This document shows, piece by piece, positions 47,957-58,606 of a stretch of DNA of 64,000 bases (position 1 is its first letter; each line of letters begins with the position of its first letter). Made by a program: the position numbers and the translations under genes. The notes below the pieces were generated by a model. It did no database searches, had not been told where the DNA came from, and saw only the letters and a list, made by a program, of their open reading frames with translations. The stretch lies in the IMG/VR virus record IMGVR_UViG_3300032087_004763, positions 78,382 to 142,381 of that record; one strand, given 5' to 3'. Origin of the DNA: a virus.

Positions 47957-48097
47957 TTACTTACGTTGCTTTTTTACAGAAACTATCGGATTTCCCCATA
48001 ACTCGGCCGGAATATCTTCTCGACAAGGGTAGACATCTGATCGTTTTCCGATCAATGCTTCGTATGCAGCTTGTGCTTTCTTCTGATGTTCTGTCAT
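47957..48097 (-). CDS. Small hypothetical protein (46 aa)
   Basis: GAGG RBS; ATGA overlap with the upstream gene. Confidence 0.45.
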   Translation of the reverse strand: MTEHQKKAQAAYEALIGKRSDVYPCREDIPAELWGNPIVSVKKQRK

Positions 48098-48696
48098 TTA
48101 TGAACCTCGACTTTTACATTTCTTGGTTGATCGATCTTTAGATGATTGTGTTTATGGTGTAGGATAAATTCTGTATTCTTAAATTCATCGAAGATACCAC
48201 TCCATATTGGTCTCCAATTATTATTGAGTCGGACGTTAGTGGCTTCATCTCTTGGTGACGGCAGATAAAAATCTGAACACGATCTTAGATTCATATCAAA
48301 GATAGAATCAAATCCCCATAGATGTACGATATCCGGTTTAAATTTAGCGCATGCATAATGTGTCGCCATGTGACCACAATTAAAGTCTGTGTAGTTGTCT
48401 ACATATTTCGGGAGGGTCAAATAGAACTCTTTAACCTGTGTCGACATCTTTACATACCACTCAGGTTGTTTCTCCATCCAGACCTTTGGCCTTGCGCCAA
48501 GGATCCAGTCACCTGGGAGAGTTAGTTCTTCTTTTGTGAGTGCACGCATCATCTTAAAGTCTACCATGACTGTGCCGTATGCATTTTCTACAGGGAATGG
48601 AGGTATGTTACAAGTTAATACAAGGCCCTTCCTTGGCTCCTCATTATAACAGTTAGCATTGTCTCCATTTCCAATAATATGAACCACTCTAGGCAT
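48094..48696 (-). CDS. Sialyltransferase/DUF115-like sugar transferase
   Basis: HIIGNG...LTCN...D and N.GH.A...VHLWGFD pattern. Confidence 0.55.
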   Translation of the reverse strand: MPRVVHIIGNGDNANCYNEEPRKGLVLTCNIPPFPVENAYGTVMVDFKMMRALTKEELTLPGDWILGARPKVWMEKQPEWYVKMSTQVKEFYLTLPKYVDNYTDFNCGHMATHYACAKFKPDIVHLWGFDSIFDMNLRSCSDFYLPSPRDEATNVRLNNNWRPIWSGIFDEFKNTEFILHHKHNHLKIDQPRNVKVEVHK

Positions 48697-49391
48697 TATC
48701 TTCTCCAATACTCTGAAATCCAATCAACTGGCTTATATGTAGCTAATGGTGTTGTGATCGGTACACTCATTGCTTGTTCAATACTTGGCCGACCATGAAA
48801 ACATATAATAGAAGTTTTCTTGTCAGGCCTGTTAGGATATACTTGATACTTATATGACTTGAGTCTACCTGGATATAAGTGCTGTAATAGATCTCTTCGT
48901 AGAGGCGACATATAGTGATTAAGTAGTTCACCATCACCACGAAAATGCTTTTGATTCTCTTGCATTGACTGACTTAAATTTGACCATATGTCAGTATTCA
49001 TTCTTGAATCAAATGCCATGACGCCTGTTTGTAGCACATTTTTAAGATGAGGTTGATGAGAATTGACTGCTCCAACATCTTCAATACCCATAAACTTACC
49101 GTCATAATTCATTAGCCAGTCTAAGTCTCCGGTGATCAACGTATCAAGATCAAAGTACACAACACGATCACTTAGTCTCCATTTTGAATTGAATAGCTGT
49201 AGTTTATTCCACCATCCTTCGTATCCTTCGTCTAAAATACGAAAATCAACCTTCGGAAGCACATGATCAGTAAAACAAATAAACTCATGGTCAACAGTGG
49301 TATTACGTTCTACCATTGCTTTCAGGTTTAACACATAATCGTCAGAGAATTTATTTCCCCACGACACACATACTACACTTACCTTACTCAT
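48696..49391 (-). CDS. Glycosyltransferase (GT-A)
   Basis: WG.KF, GWWNKLQLF, YFDLD, GD, FHGRP. Confidence 0.8.
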   Translation of the reverse strand: MSKVSVVCVSWGNKFSDDYVLNLKAMVERNTTVDHEFICFTDHVLPKVDFRILDEGYEGWWNKLQLFNSKWRLSDRVVYFDLDTLITGDLDWLMNYDGKFMGIEDVGAVNSHQPHLKNVLQTGVMAFDSRMNTDIWSNLSQSMQENQKHFRGDGELLNHYMSPLRRDLLQHLYPGRLKSYKYQVYPNRPDKKTSIICFHGRPSIEQAMSVPITTPLATYKPVDWISEYWRR

Positions 49392-50044
49392 AAAATTTCA
49401 TACACCGAATCATAATTATGTTTAGCTATACATCCATGTTCTTTTTGAATCGTAGTAAACTTATCGTCAGCTTCGATTGGCCACGGAAAATACTCTTTAA
49501 TAAAAGGGAATGTTTGGTTATTCATGAATAAATCTACATGACATGGATTGAGTTCTGAGTGAATTAATAATTCATGTGCTGCAGCCGGAGTTATCATGTA
49601 AGCATGCGCTCCTGGCATATACCCATTTCCTTTTGAAAAGAGATTATATATGCCTTCATGCTTTGGAATTCTATATTGACCAAAACTTGGTTTACCAAGA
49701 TTCACAAATTTATGCAGATTGATATCGCTTGGTATTTCCTTTTTAAAGACTGCATCATGTTCTAGTATGAGAAGCCGCTCATTGCTTTCTCGACACTTTT
49801 TCCAAAGCTCTCTATGTGACAAGAAACAACACATTGCTGGTTTAATTCTAGCATACACATTATCGGTAAAGTTTATAGTTGGAAGTCCCTCCTCTCTGAA
49901 GATTTTGACTGGATCGTCTTCAGGTGTAATTGCTTCAAAGAAACTTGGATAATATCCAAATTTACGAGCAGACGCAGCGCATCTCTTTGCAACCTCTACA
50001 GACTTCTTGTTCTTAAACATTGTAATAATATAAGAATTGATCAT
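49388..50044 (-). CDS. Glycosyltransferase family 25
   Basis: CFLSH..LW, LILEHDA, GAHAYMITP.AA. Confidence 0.85.
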   Translation of the reverse strand: MINSYIITMFKNKKSVEVAKRCAASARKFGYYPSFFEAITPEDDPVKIFREEGLPTINFTDNVYARIKPAMCCFLSHRELWKKCRESNERLLILEHDAVFKKEIPSDINLHKFVNLGKPSFGQYRIPKHEGIYNLFSKGNGYMPGAHAYMITPAAAHELLIHSELNPCHVDLFMNNQTFPFIKEYFPWPIEADDKFTTIQKEHGCIAKHNYDSVYEIL

Positions 50045-50721
50045 AACGTTGTCGTCGATTCAATACCTTGAACTTTTGTATAATATGGATATACTACTTT
50101 CAATTCATGAGGAAAAAATTGATTACACATGATTGCATCATTTGGCCAAGCGCCTACCTGTTTTAATTTATCTAAAAGCTTCTGTGCAAAATATGGCTTG
50201 ATAATATATGCTGAATTACCAGCTAATCCTTGTGGTAGATCAAGTGCATTCGTAACATATGGTGCGTTTGTTATACCATTAGTAGAAGATGCATGCTGAT
50301 GATAAATTTTTGAGGAATGTGTGCTACCTCTTGGATCATTTAGGCCAAGAACACCGCCTTTCCAATAAAAAGGTTTGAACTTTCTTATGAACACTGCATC
50401 ATGTTCAAGAACCATAATGTCTTCTTGTAGTTCAATACTCTTTTTCCACAGGCGTGCGTGTGAGACCGTGCACGCAAATTTCTTTTCCATACTATTTGTC
50501 TTGTATGGCCTCAAGATCATTCCTGTTTCATGATCAATACCAAACTGATCATTCAAAGGATACGTCCATGACATTCGAGGAAGATCGGTTAAATGCTCTT
50601 TGAGTGTATCGGGTGATGTCTGTTGAAACAACTCAATATCAAGATCTGTAGACTCTATGCAGCGATTAGCGGCTGCAACTGATACAGGATTCTTTTCATC
50701 ATATATTAGAAAACATTTCAT
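50041..50721 (-). CDS. Glycosyltransferase family 25
   Basis: C..SH..LW, VLEHDA, G.SAYIIKP. Confidence 0.85.
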   Translation of the reverse strand: MKCFLIYDEKNPVSVAAANRCIESTDLDIELFQQTSPDTLKEHLTDLPRMSWTYPLNDQFGIDHETGMILRPYKTNSMEKKFACTVSHARLWKKSIELQEDIMVLEHDAVFIRKFKPFYWKGGVLGLNDPRGSTHSSKIYHQHASSTNGITNAPYVTNALDLPQGLAGNSAYIIKPYFAQKLLDKLKQVGAWPNDAIMCNQFFPHELKVVYPYYTKVQGIESTTTL

Positions 50722-51107
50722 ATTACGTACGTCGTTACATCAGTTTCTATTTTTTTAACTTCAGGATATGTATCTCTCTTCACGACAATAGAAGAACTAT
50801 CCTTATCAGTTCCGTGAATCTTAGGTACTAACCCCTCTTTCGGCTCTCTTAGATTTACCATTAATTCATATGTTGGTAATTCATTCTGCACAGTCATATA
50901 TATGAATTTATTCTTGGCATGCTTTACTAGCTCTGGTGAATCCTTCTCTGCGGCAAATCTAACGTTACTCCAATCACTCATCTTTGGCCTTTTGAGGTCT
51001 TTTGTTTTACCAAAAATAAATTCTACCTCGCGATGCTTACAAATAAGCGGCACCCAATAATCTCTGAATATATCAGAATCAGTTACGTCAGCAATAAATG
51101 TAATCAT
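50718..51107 (-). CDS. Hypothetical protein in the glycan cluster
   Basis: ATGA-coupled ORF. Confidence 0.55.
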   Translation of the reverse strand: MITFIADVTDSDIFRDYWVPLICKHREVEFIFGKTKDLKRPKMSDWSNVRFAAEKDSPELVKHAKNKFIYMTVQNELPTYELMVNLREPKEGLVPKIHGTDKDSSSIVVKRDTYPEVKKIETDVTTYVI

Positions 51108-51844
51108 ACTAACTCCGGCATTTTAAATTTTGATGCATTAATAAAGTGTTGTATCTTACCTCTAGGATGTTCTGGTGGCCATTGCCTAGTTGCAAGACTA
51201 TTCCATGTCCAGTCAAGTTCGGTTACATTGAAAACAGGATTCGATAACTGTAAGTTGAGATACATCTGTTCGGTGTATCGAGTATGCATATAGTAGTGAT
51301 CTACCGAAGTAAAATGTTCTCTTGCCTTGAGTCTGCCTTCCTTACTCCATAGCTGCACCCCGCCATTCATATATCTAAATTTTTCTTTTGGATATAGTGC
51401 AGACTTAGGGAACATCCAATCGTCGCCGAATAGCTTCTTACCATAAGCAATGATACCTCTCTCATGACCTGGTGATTCCATCACTCTTTGCATCCATCCT
51501 GCAGCAGACTTATGTATACCAAGTTCGTGCACCATTGCAATATCACCGATCTCAAAATCAAAAATATTCTCATTAGTTTTAATTAGAATGTCTAGGTCAA
51601 TGGATAGTATATTATCAAACTGATCAAAGAACGGATCATACACAACTTTAAGCGCATCGAGACGTGGATCTAAATGTTTAAAGTACCTATCATGAGTAAG
51701 TAGATATTGAGCATTGCATTTCTTAGCGTACGATTTTGCAGATTTAGATCCTGCCTTTGCCCAATCAGGCATCTCTACGCCACCTAGATGTGCATCGTTC
51801 GCTTCATACGGTATATAGTATTGAAAAATTAAATTATTTGTCAT
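51104..51844 (-). CDS. Glycosyltransferase (GT8/GT34-like)
   Basis: IDLDI, MNGGV, EQ, WN, HF. Confidence 0.75.
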   Translation of the reverse strand: MTNNLIFQYYIPYEANDAHLGGVEMPDWAKAGSKSAKSYAKKCNAQYLLTHDRYFKHLDPRLDALKVVYDPFFDQFDNILSIDLDILIKTNENIFDFEIGDIAMVHELGIHKSAAGWMQRVMESPGHERGIIAYGKKLFGDDWMFPKSALYPKEKFRYMNGGVQLWSKEGRLKAREHFTSVDHYYMHTRYTEQMYLNLQLSNPVFNVTELDWTWNSLATRQWPPEHPRGKIQHFINASKFKMPELV

Positions 51845-52278
51845 AAAAAATCATACCCTGTCCATGCTTCTTTCGTGGATCGTCTCTCAATATATTCTTC
51901 TAGTGTCTTTGTAGTTGACTCATCACTCACTCTATCAAAGTATGCAATTTCCTTGCACCACTTTTCTCCGACGACTTTTTTACCTTTCCAATCTGAACCT
52001 ATTACTCTGACATCTGGATTATAACTCTTAATGATGTCAATTAACTCTTCGTCTGAGCTAAAGAACCTTACTTCATCAACTGCTTTTAGATTTGATATGA
52101 TCATTGATCTAACATATGCATTGTTAACCGGCCGATCGTAACCTTTTGCTTGGCTAATTCTTTCGTCAGTGTCAAGTGCAACTAAGAGATAATCACCTAA
52201 AGATTTTGCATAGTTTAAAAGTTCAATATGACCGGTATGTAATACATCGTAGGCACCGTTAGCCATTATATATTTCAT
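51841..52278 (-). CDS. Cytidylyl/adenylyltransferase (TagD/RfaE-like)
   Basis: G.YDVLH.GH, KG..RP, GSDW, STT. Confidence 0.9.
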   Translation of the reverse strand: MKYIMANGAYDVLHTGHIELLNYAKSLGDYLLVALDTDERISQAKGYDRPVNNAYVRSMIISNLKAVDEVRFFSSDEELIDIIKSYNPDVRVIGSDWKGKKVVGEKWCKEIAYFDRVSDESTTKTLEEYIERRSTKEAWTGYDFL

Positions 52279-52997
52279 TTAATAACACCTCTTTGCAAAT
52301 TCCTAACATAGTATTCTCGGCCTTTCCATCCGGCAAAGTGAACAAAATTCATATTCGTATAGTCTTCAGTATACGGATAGCAGTCTACCATGTAGTTCCA
52401 TTTAGGAGATAGTGTATACGACATTGTCGGATTCCAAAATCTCCATTCATTCATATACGCTTGATCCGTGTGTATAGGAGGTAACTCTCGTTTCTTACAT
52501 TTATCTCGAACAAAGTTTCGTAGACTCTCACCAGCTGCTTTGTTTACAATTTGTACACCACCGTTGATAAACTTATCGTGGAAAGGAACACTCCAGTTTT
52601 TACCTTTATCTTCGACTCCGCCATGACCAAGAACATTTGGTAAAGGTTCAGCTGATTCTGGAATGAATATATCATTGTCAAGAGATACAATTCGATCATA
52701 CTCAGGTAGACCCATATTTAAATATCTGATGAGAGTAGAACATTTATTTTTTCCACCCTGGCTATAATCGTGATGTAGGTCCTTTGTGTTCTTATTAAAA
52801 AAATGAATGTCAATATCTGTTGGATATTCCGTGATCATCTTATAGTCATATCCATATTTTTCACAATATCGTTTTACAGTTGGGACACACACAGACTCCA
52901 TAGTCTCTGCAGCCTTTGCAGCATACGGTGAGTTTCTAGGATCGTACACATAACCAAATGTGTTACCGACTTTAACTTGTATGATTAGAGTTTTCAT
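52275..52997 (-). CDS. Glycosyltransferase (GT8/GT34-like)
   Basis: YC.KYGYDY, LDND, INGGV, DQ, WN, VHFAG. Confidence 0.75.
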   Translation of the reverse strand: MKTLIIQVKVGNTFGYVYDPRNSPYAAKAAETMESVCVPTVKRYCEKYGYDYKMITEYPTDIDIHFFNKNTKDLHHDYSQGGKNKCSTLIRYLNMGLPEYDRIVSLDNDIFIPESAEPLPNVLGHGGVEDKGKNWSVPFHDKFINGGVQIVNKAAGESLRNFVRDKCKKRELPPIHTDQAYMNEWRFWNPTMSYTLSPKWNYMVDCYPYTEDYTNMNFVHFAGWKGREYYVRNLQRGVIK

Positions 52998-53802
52998 TCA
53001 TTACCTTCATGCATGATTCAAATATCTCGTCAACAGTAATTGAATCATTTGCTTCTTTACAATGTGCACAATCATACATCGATCCGCACGGTGTCATATG
53101 ATGTTTATATGTATGATGTATGTTAGTGTCATATGACATGACATTTGTATCTACTAGTCCACCTTGAATTACAACACATGGTATCTTAAATCCAGCAAAT
53201 ATATGCTGTAACAGTCCATCATATGTTATACCAAACTGAGACTTTTCCATAATCGCTGCAGCGACCCTAACATTTTGAGTTTCAATGTTAACAGAATTTT
53301 TTAGTTCGGGCTCACGGTATTTTTTGTCTGTTGGTTTTAACCTTACACATTCAATATGTTTTGATAGTCTATTTGCCAGCTCTTGATATTTTTTAAACCC
53401 CCAGTTTTTATTACTAGAGAAAAATGTAGATTTATAGTCTGGATTCACTATACAAAAGTTACCTATACCATAGGTAGATATAATATTATCCGCTTCATCT
53501 TGTTCTTTTTGCGTGAGTCTTAATCTAAATGGCGTAGGCTTGAAGTTTCGGAAGATAATCTTTTGACCAAGTATGGTTTTCTCTTTTCTTATGCCATAAT
53601 AATCTACGTGCACATCAGATAAAGCATTTGTATCTCTAGCATTTACGTATAGTGAATCAACCGTCTTTTCACTTGTAATAAACTCAACATTATCAAACAT
53701 AGGTGACCATCCCGATCCATATATCGGAATAATTTTCTTTCCAGTCTTTTTGTGTATTTCCTCGGCCTTGCCTAGAAATATTAAATCATCACCCCAACCC
53801 AT
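52972..53802 (-). CDS. Glycosyltransferase (GT9-like, GT-B)
   Basis: G.GDD, KNW, ITYDG.LQH, PC...C..C end. Confidence 0.7.
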   Translation of the reverse strand: MGWGDDLIFLGKAEEIHKKTGKKIIPIYGSGWSPMFDNVEFITSEKTVDSLYVNARDTNALSDVHVDYYGIRKEKTILGQKIIFRNFKPTPFRLRLTQKEQDEADNIISTYGIGNFCIVNPDYKSTFFSSNKNWGFKKYQELANRLSKHIECVRLKPTDKKYREPELKNSVNIETQNVRVAAAIMEKSQFGITYDGLLQHIFAGFKIPCVVIQGGLVDTNVMSYDTNIHHTYKHHMTPCGSMYDCAHCKEANDSITVDEIFESCMKVMNENSNHTS

Positions 53803-54532
53803 TATATAGATCAGTCCTTTTAAAATATTCTATTTGATCCTTACTCGGATTCTCACAATAATTCATCATCGCACCACGACGAAATAATTCCCTTGCCATA
53901 AATGCAACGTTCCAGCTATCAGGAAATCTCTTGTCATTCTCTCTATTCCGTATGTTTATGTAAACGTGCAGGCTTTCAATTGGCTTTACTAATTTTGCTA
54001 TATGCATCATTCCTGAATCTGCACCTACATGGTATTTTGCTTTCGATAAAATATATGCTGCTTCTCTTACTGTAAATCTCCGATTACCAATGTCTATTAT
54101 ATCATACTTTTGCTCTTTATAAAACCCCTCAATGCGTTTTATTCTATCTTTGTCCCAGCGATCAACTAATCTGTAGAGCTGGCCTGCATCCCATTGAGTT
54201 GTGACAAAGTTTTCTGGTAGATCAATATTGACCTCAGGTATTTTATTTTTAGTTCTAATATCTGGAATTTGAGATGTGAGGTGTATATATTGGGTTACGT
54301 GGGCCAGACCGGGATAATAATAAAATATTTCATCAGGTTTGTGTGTACTGTTAAGAGACACTTCTCCAATATCAATTAGATCATTTGCAAAAGAGGTAAC
54401 TTCAGCATTGCCTTTACTATGTAATGCAACTTTTGTTCCTAGTACTTTACTATACATATGACAGAAAAGAACCATATCAATTGCGTCACCTAATGGTCTA
54501 GGTGCTGGATTAGCTATGATAGCAGTGTTCAT
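53789..54532 (-). CDS. Glycosyltransferase (GT9-like)
   Basis: LGD, HVGADSGMMH.A. Confidence 0.7.
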   Translation of the reverse strand: MNTAIIANPAPRPLGDAIDMVLFCHMYSKVLGTKVALHSKGNAEVTSFANDLIDIGEVSLNSTHKPDEIFYYYPGLAHVTQYIHLTSQIPDIRTKNKIPEVNIDLPENFVTTQWDAGQLYRLVDRWDKDRIKRIEGFYKEQKYDIIDIGNRRFTVREAAYILSKAKYHVGADSGMMHIAKLVKPIESLHVYINIRNRENDKRFPDSWNVAFMARELFRRGAMMNYCENPSKDQIEYFKRTDLYNGLG

Positions 54533-55215
54533 ATTCCGTATGAAGTGCTTAAGTTTACACTATTAAATTTTACCGGACTTGGACTCACATACTGCATTCG
54601 AACAGTGCTTGAATTAATCATGAAATCTGATTGGTCCATTCCGTGAGTACTGATAGCTGATAAAAGTTTCTTTGCACCTTTTGGTGTGACGGCATATGCT
54701 CCTGTACCAGGTGCCATCTTACTGTTCTTCCAGATATTATCTTTGTGATATAGCAGTGGATAATTTTCAGGAAGATCACATACACCAAAGCTATCAAACT
54801 GATAATTCTTATATTGTTGTAATGCTAGCTTATTTGGTGGTCTAAAAACATATTGTGCATTCAAGATGAGGTAATCATCAAAGTCATAATTGTCCCATCT
54901 ATCTAAACACACTGCATCATGCTCTAAGAATACCATCGGAGTGTTTTTTGTGATTACCTCTCTCCAGAAAGCAATATGATTAATCGCGCAGGCCATCTTT
55001 GTGCAATACTTCTTATAGTCCTGCCGTTTGAAGTCATGTAGTCTACTCTCTTCAATAACTTTATGTTCAAACTCAGCGATCTGTTGCACAGTCTTAGCTG
55101 TCATCCCTTCATTTAGTTTAACATCCCATCCATATTTTTGAAATGATTTAAGAGATTGTCGTGCTTGTTTTTCAGAGTCTTCGTGACCCTTAATATAAGT
55201 GATTTGACCTTTCAC
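54529..55215 (-). CDS. Glycosyltransferase family 25
   Basis: CA.NH..FW, FLEHDA, GTGAYAVTP.GA.KLL. Confidence 0.85.
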   Translation of the reverse strand: MKGQITYIKGHEDSEKQARQSLKSFQKYGWDVKLNEGMTAKTVQQIAEFEHKVIEESRLHDFKRQDYKKYCTKMACAINHIAFWREVITKNTPMVFLEHDAVCLDRWDNYDFDDYLILNAQYVFRPPNKLALQQYKNYQFDSFGVCDLPENYPLLYHKDNIWKNSKMAPGTGAYAVTPKGAKKLLSAISTHGMDQSDFMINSSTVRMQYVSPSPVKFNSVNLSTSYGI

Positions 55216-55847
55216 ATATTTTCCTTACAATAGATATTATCATGTCCAGACTTGGCTACTCTCCTATAGCCTAGTGATTCTAAGATCTTATGTGCAGCAT
55301 CTGAGTTGTAGATTGGCGGTTGGTATTTAGGTAGATACTCAATCATAATGACAGGCGAGTGTTCAGTTAATGTTTTTTTAGCTCCATCAACAACATAATA
55401 CTCATAGCTTTCTACATCAATCTTAATAAAATTAATTGGCTGATCGAAACTAAAACTATCTAACGGTTTAATATTGATTTCGCGTGTCTTAGCGTTTAAC
55501 TGCCATTTTCTTCGAGGATGTTTTATAAGGGAGGATCCACCAGTTTTTTCTTCCATTACATACATATTTTCTTTTGATTTAACGTTTCCCAGACCACAGT
55601 TATGCACGGTCACGTTTTTTAAATCTTCTGTATTGGCAAGTGTATATTCATAAAATAACGGTTCAAAAGAATGTACTAGTTTAAAGTCATTTGCCATTAA
55701 CCGAGACATTGTTCCTACATGGGCTCCGATGTCTAGTGCTAATCCAAATTGAGATATGTGTTTTTTACTTTCATGATATGCATCATGGTTTGGTATTACG
55801 TTTAAGTCTTGTACGTCACCAGGTGGTTTTTTAAATTTAAAATTCAT
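55212..55847 (-). CDS. FkbM family methyltransferase
   Basis: LDIGAHVG, SFEP, IKIDVE.YE..V..G, P.IMIE. Confidence 0.9.
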   Translation of the reverse strand: MNFKFKKPPGDVQDLNVIPNHDAYHESKKHISQFGLALDIGAHVGTMSRLMANDFKLVHSFEPLFYEYTLANTEDLKNVTVHNCGLGNVKSKENMYVMEEKTGGSSLIKHPRRKWQLNAKTREINIKPLDSFSFDQPINFIKIDVESYEYYVVDGAKKTLTEHSPVIMIEYLPKYQPPIYNSDAAHKILESLGYRRVAKSGHDNIYCKENM

Positions 55848-56665
55848 ATTGCAATACCTTTGTAATGACTCATATATTTTTGAAGACGCGAATATTCCCA
55901 TACACAATGCGTTTGTGCAGATGCAAGGTGATGAGTTTCAAGATTGACTTCTTTTTTCAATTTACTATTGACATAATCAAAAGCGTGACAATCGGTCCAG
56001 CCTTCGTAGAGATTATATATTTCACCATCTTCATATAGTTTTCTGTATTCACTCCACCATAAATCGTTATGCTCATGGTGTGTGTCCCAGATAATGAATC
56101 CACTCTCCATGTGTTTATGCGGGTATCTTGATAGGTAGTAATTATGTGCTTTACTTTCTACGAGTGATGGAAAAAAGTCCTCAGGTATCTTTTTATTGAT
56201 ACTGACATCGGCATCCATGGATATTAAGTATCGTTCCTTAACTCTATCAATTGCGTCGAGTAGCGCAAATGGTGGATGGCAAAATCTAACAGCATCAAAC
56301 TCGTAGTCATAATGTTTACGATTAATAATGGTGCTATCGATTTTATAGCTATAATGCGTTTTCTTTTTCTCTATCCATCTATGTTTTGATATAGATTTAA
56401 ACTGTTCTACCTTATCTAAACGATGCGGAACAAACTCTACCTTTGACGTGTTTTCTGGTAGATTATCACCTTCGTAATAGACAAGTAGAGATGCATTTGA
56501 TGGGAGTCTTTCTTCGGCTTGTTGTGCAAGTCTCATTCCAAATGAGATAGTTTCATTGCCGTTCTTTTCCCAATGCCTTCTCGCTTTATCATTCAATGTT
56601 GATAGATCAATATTATCGATCTTTCTAATGACATCCTTAAATGTAGTTACTATCTTAAATTTCAT
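55844..56665 (-). CDS. Glycosyltransferase (GT-A)
   Basis: DAVRFCH, MDAD, ESGF, W.DC..FD, H.KG. Confidence 0.7.
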   Translation of the reverse strand: MKFKIVTTFKDVIRKIDNIDLSTLNDKARRHWEKNGNETISFGMRLAQQAEERLPSNASLLVYYEGDNLPENTSKVEFVPHRLDKVEQFKSISKHRWIEKKKTHYSYKIDSTIINRKHYDYEFDAVRFCHPPFALLDAIDRVKERYLISMDADVSINKKIPEDFFPSLVESKAHNYYLSRYPHKHMESGFIIWDTHHEHNDLWWSEYRKLYEDGEIYNLYEGWTDCHAFDYVNSKLKKEVNLETHHLASAQTHCVWEYSRLQKYMSHYKGIAI

Positions 56666-57632
56666 ATAACACTTCGTTGATTATGTTTGCGTTGTTTTTA
56701 ATTTCATCTATGGTCTGACCTGGATTGATATGAACATAGAATACTTCTTCACTCTTTCTTAGTGCATTTTTTCCAGTAGTAGTATGCTTAAATACCGGTT
56801 GATATGACATAGGCTTAAATGAATGTCTTGCTCGAATGCCTTTGCTTTTGAGCATCTTAACAACCATATTTGCATCATGATGTTTCATATCATAAACCCA
56901 GACAACTGCCCTATTATCAGGCATCTGGTTTTTTTCATCGATATAAAAATTATACAGGTCACATATCTGCTGTCTCTTATCTAGATTTTCATCCACATTT
57001 GCAAGGGACTCAAGTACCATTGAAGCCTGAGAATTTGTACAACGATAGTTGAATCCTATCCTTTCATGGTAGTAGTTATGCGTATCGCCAAAACTCATAG
57101 ACCTCATGTCTTTTGCTTTCTTAATTAGGGCTTCGTCATCGGATACTATAATACCACCTTCTTCAGCATGGATTATTTTATTCTGATAGAACGAGAAGCA
57201 ACCAATATCAAATGATCCTATAGGTTTTGCACTAGAGTACGCGCCTTGTGCTTCACAAGCATCTTCGATAACACGTACATCAAATTCTTCAGCAATACTC
57301 ATTACCTCGGCCATATTGACAACTCGGCCATATACATGTGTTACCATCAACACACGGATTTTTGGATCACCTCTAAGATGTTCTCTTACATGTTCTAGAT
57401 TGATAAGAAGATTATCGTCGCAGTCTACAAAGACTGGAGTGAGTCTAGCATAGTAGACAGCCATACCGCTTGCGTACATAGTAAACTCTGGAACTATAAC
57501 TTTACTATCCTTTGGAAGTTCCAATGCTTCTAAAGCTAAATGTAAAGCTGCAGTTCCAGTATTGACTGCGCATGCATGATTTACGCCTACATGATCTGCA
57601 TAGGCTACTTCAAGCGCTTCATATGGTTGCAT
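56655..57632 (-). CDS. DegT/DnrJ/EryC1 PLP sugar aminotransferase (perosamine synthase-like)
   Basis: GTAALHLAL, VIEDACEA.G, FSFY.NK....EGG, GFNYR. Confidence 0.92.
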   Translation of the reverse strand: MQPYEALEVAYADHVGVNHACAVNTGTAALHLALEALELPKDSKVIVPEFTMYASGMAVYYARLTPVFVDCDDNLLINLEHVREHLRGDPKIRVLMVTHVYGRVVNMAEVMSIAEEFDVRVIEDACEAQGAYSSAKPIGSFDIGCFSFYQNKIIHAEEGGIIVSDDEALIKKAKDMRSMSFGDTHNYYHERIGFNYRCTNSQASMVLESLANVDENLDKRQQICDLYNFYIDEKNQMPDNRAVVWVYDMKHHDANMVVKMLKSKGIRARHSFKPMSYQPVFKHTTTGKNALRKSEEVFYVHINPGQTIDEIKNNANIINEVLYEI

Positions 57633-58606
57633 TACCAGTCCCAACGATTACCGTTATCTCTGAAATAATTAACTGTTCTTATGAGAGCTTCTTCTAATGA
57701 GACTTCTGGTCTACTCTCGATCACTTTATATAATTTAGTATTATCTGATTGTAAATGCCAGATCTCCCACGGTCTTACCTTCTCTTGGTCTACTTCAATA
57801 TCAATAGATGGCCATCCCATAATTTTACCAATCATTTCTGCAAGGTCATATATCTTAACTCCGTCTTCACTTCCCATATTGTAGACCTCACCAAACTGAC
57901 CGTTCTCAAGTAGATCAACCGCCATTCGTACAGCGTCTTTTGCATATTGGAAGTCACGGAATGAATTGTTACCGATTCGAAGAGTTCTCGATTTATGTAG
58001 CTGTGAGATAATCTCTGGTATAACGTACTCATGAGTCTCTCTTTCACCGACACAATTAAACTGGCGCATTGCGATTGCAGGTGTATTTGCCTCACGCCAT
58101 CTTACTTGAACTAATCCATCTGCAGCTAATTTAGATACACCGTAGGTCGAATGAGGTTCTACAGGATCAGACTCTTTGATCTTTCCGTCTAGATTGCCAT
58201 AGATCTCTGCAGAGGATACCTGAAGTAATCCTTTGATATCAGCTTGTTCACAAGCCGTAATTACCTTGAGTACGGCTGTAGCATTGATATCAAAGAAGTG
58301 AGCAGGTCTTTGAAAACATTCTGGGATATAAGGTTCTGCAGCATAATTGAAGACATACTCAATATTATGCTTTGTAAAGATTTTTGCCAGGTCGCTAGCC
58401 TCATCCCTGATATCATGCCAAACAAATGTAGCATCTGGATGAATATGTTTCTTTAGACCTGATATTAGATTATCGAGTACGAGTACCTGACAGTTTTTTG
58501 TTTCAATGAGGTAGTCAACAAGATGCGAACCTAAAAATCCAGCACCACCAATCACACAAACATTTTTATTACTAACATCTCTATTCATAATTATCGCTTT
58601 TTCCAT
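57632..58606 (-). CDS. NDP-sugar 4,6-dehydratase/epimerase
   Basis: GGAGFLG, SSAEIYG, YGVSK, RDFQY, YNMGS; start may be ATG 58588. Confidence 0.92.
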   Translation of the reverse strand: MEKAIIMNRDVSNKNVCVIGGAGFLGSHLVDYLIETKNCQVLVLDNLISGLKKHIHPDATFVWHDIRDEASDLAKIFTKHNIEYVFNYAAEPYIPECFQRPAHFFDINATAVLKVITACEQADIKGLLQVSSAEIYGNLDGKIKESDPVEPHSTYGVSKLAADGLVQVRWREANTPAIAMRQFNCVGERETHEYVIPEIISQLHKSRTLRIGNNSFRDFQYAKDAVRMAVDLLENGQFGEVYNMGSEDGVKIYDLAEMIGKIMGWPSIDIEVDQEKVRPWEIWHLQSDNTKLYKVIESRPEVSLEEALIRTVNYFRDNGNRWDW

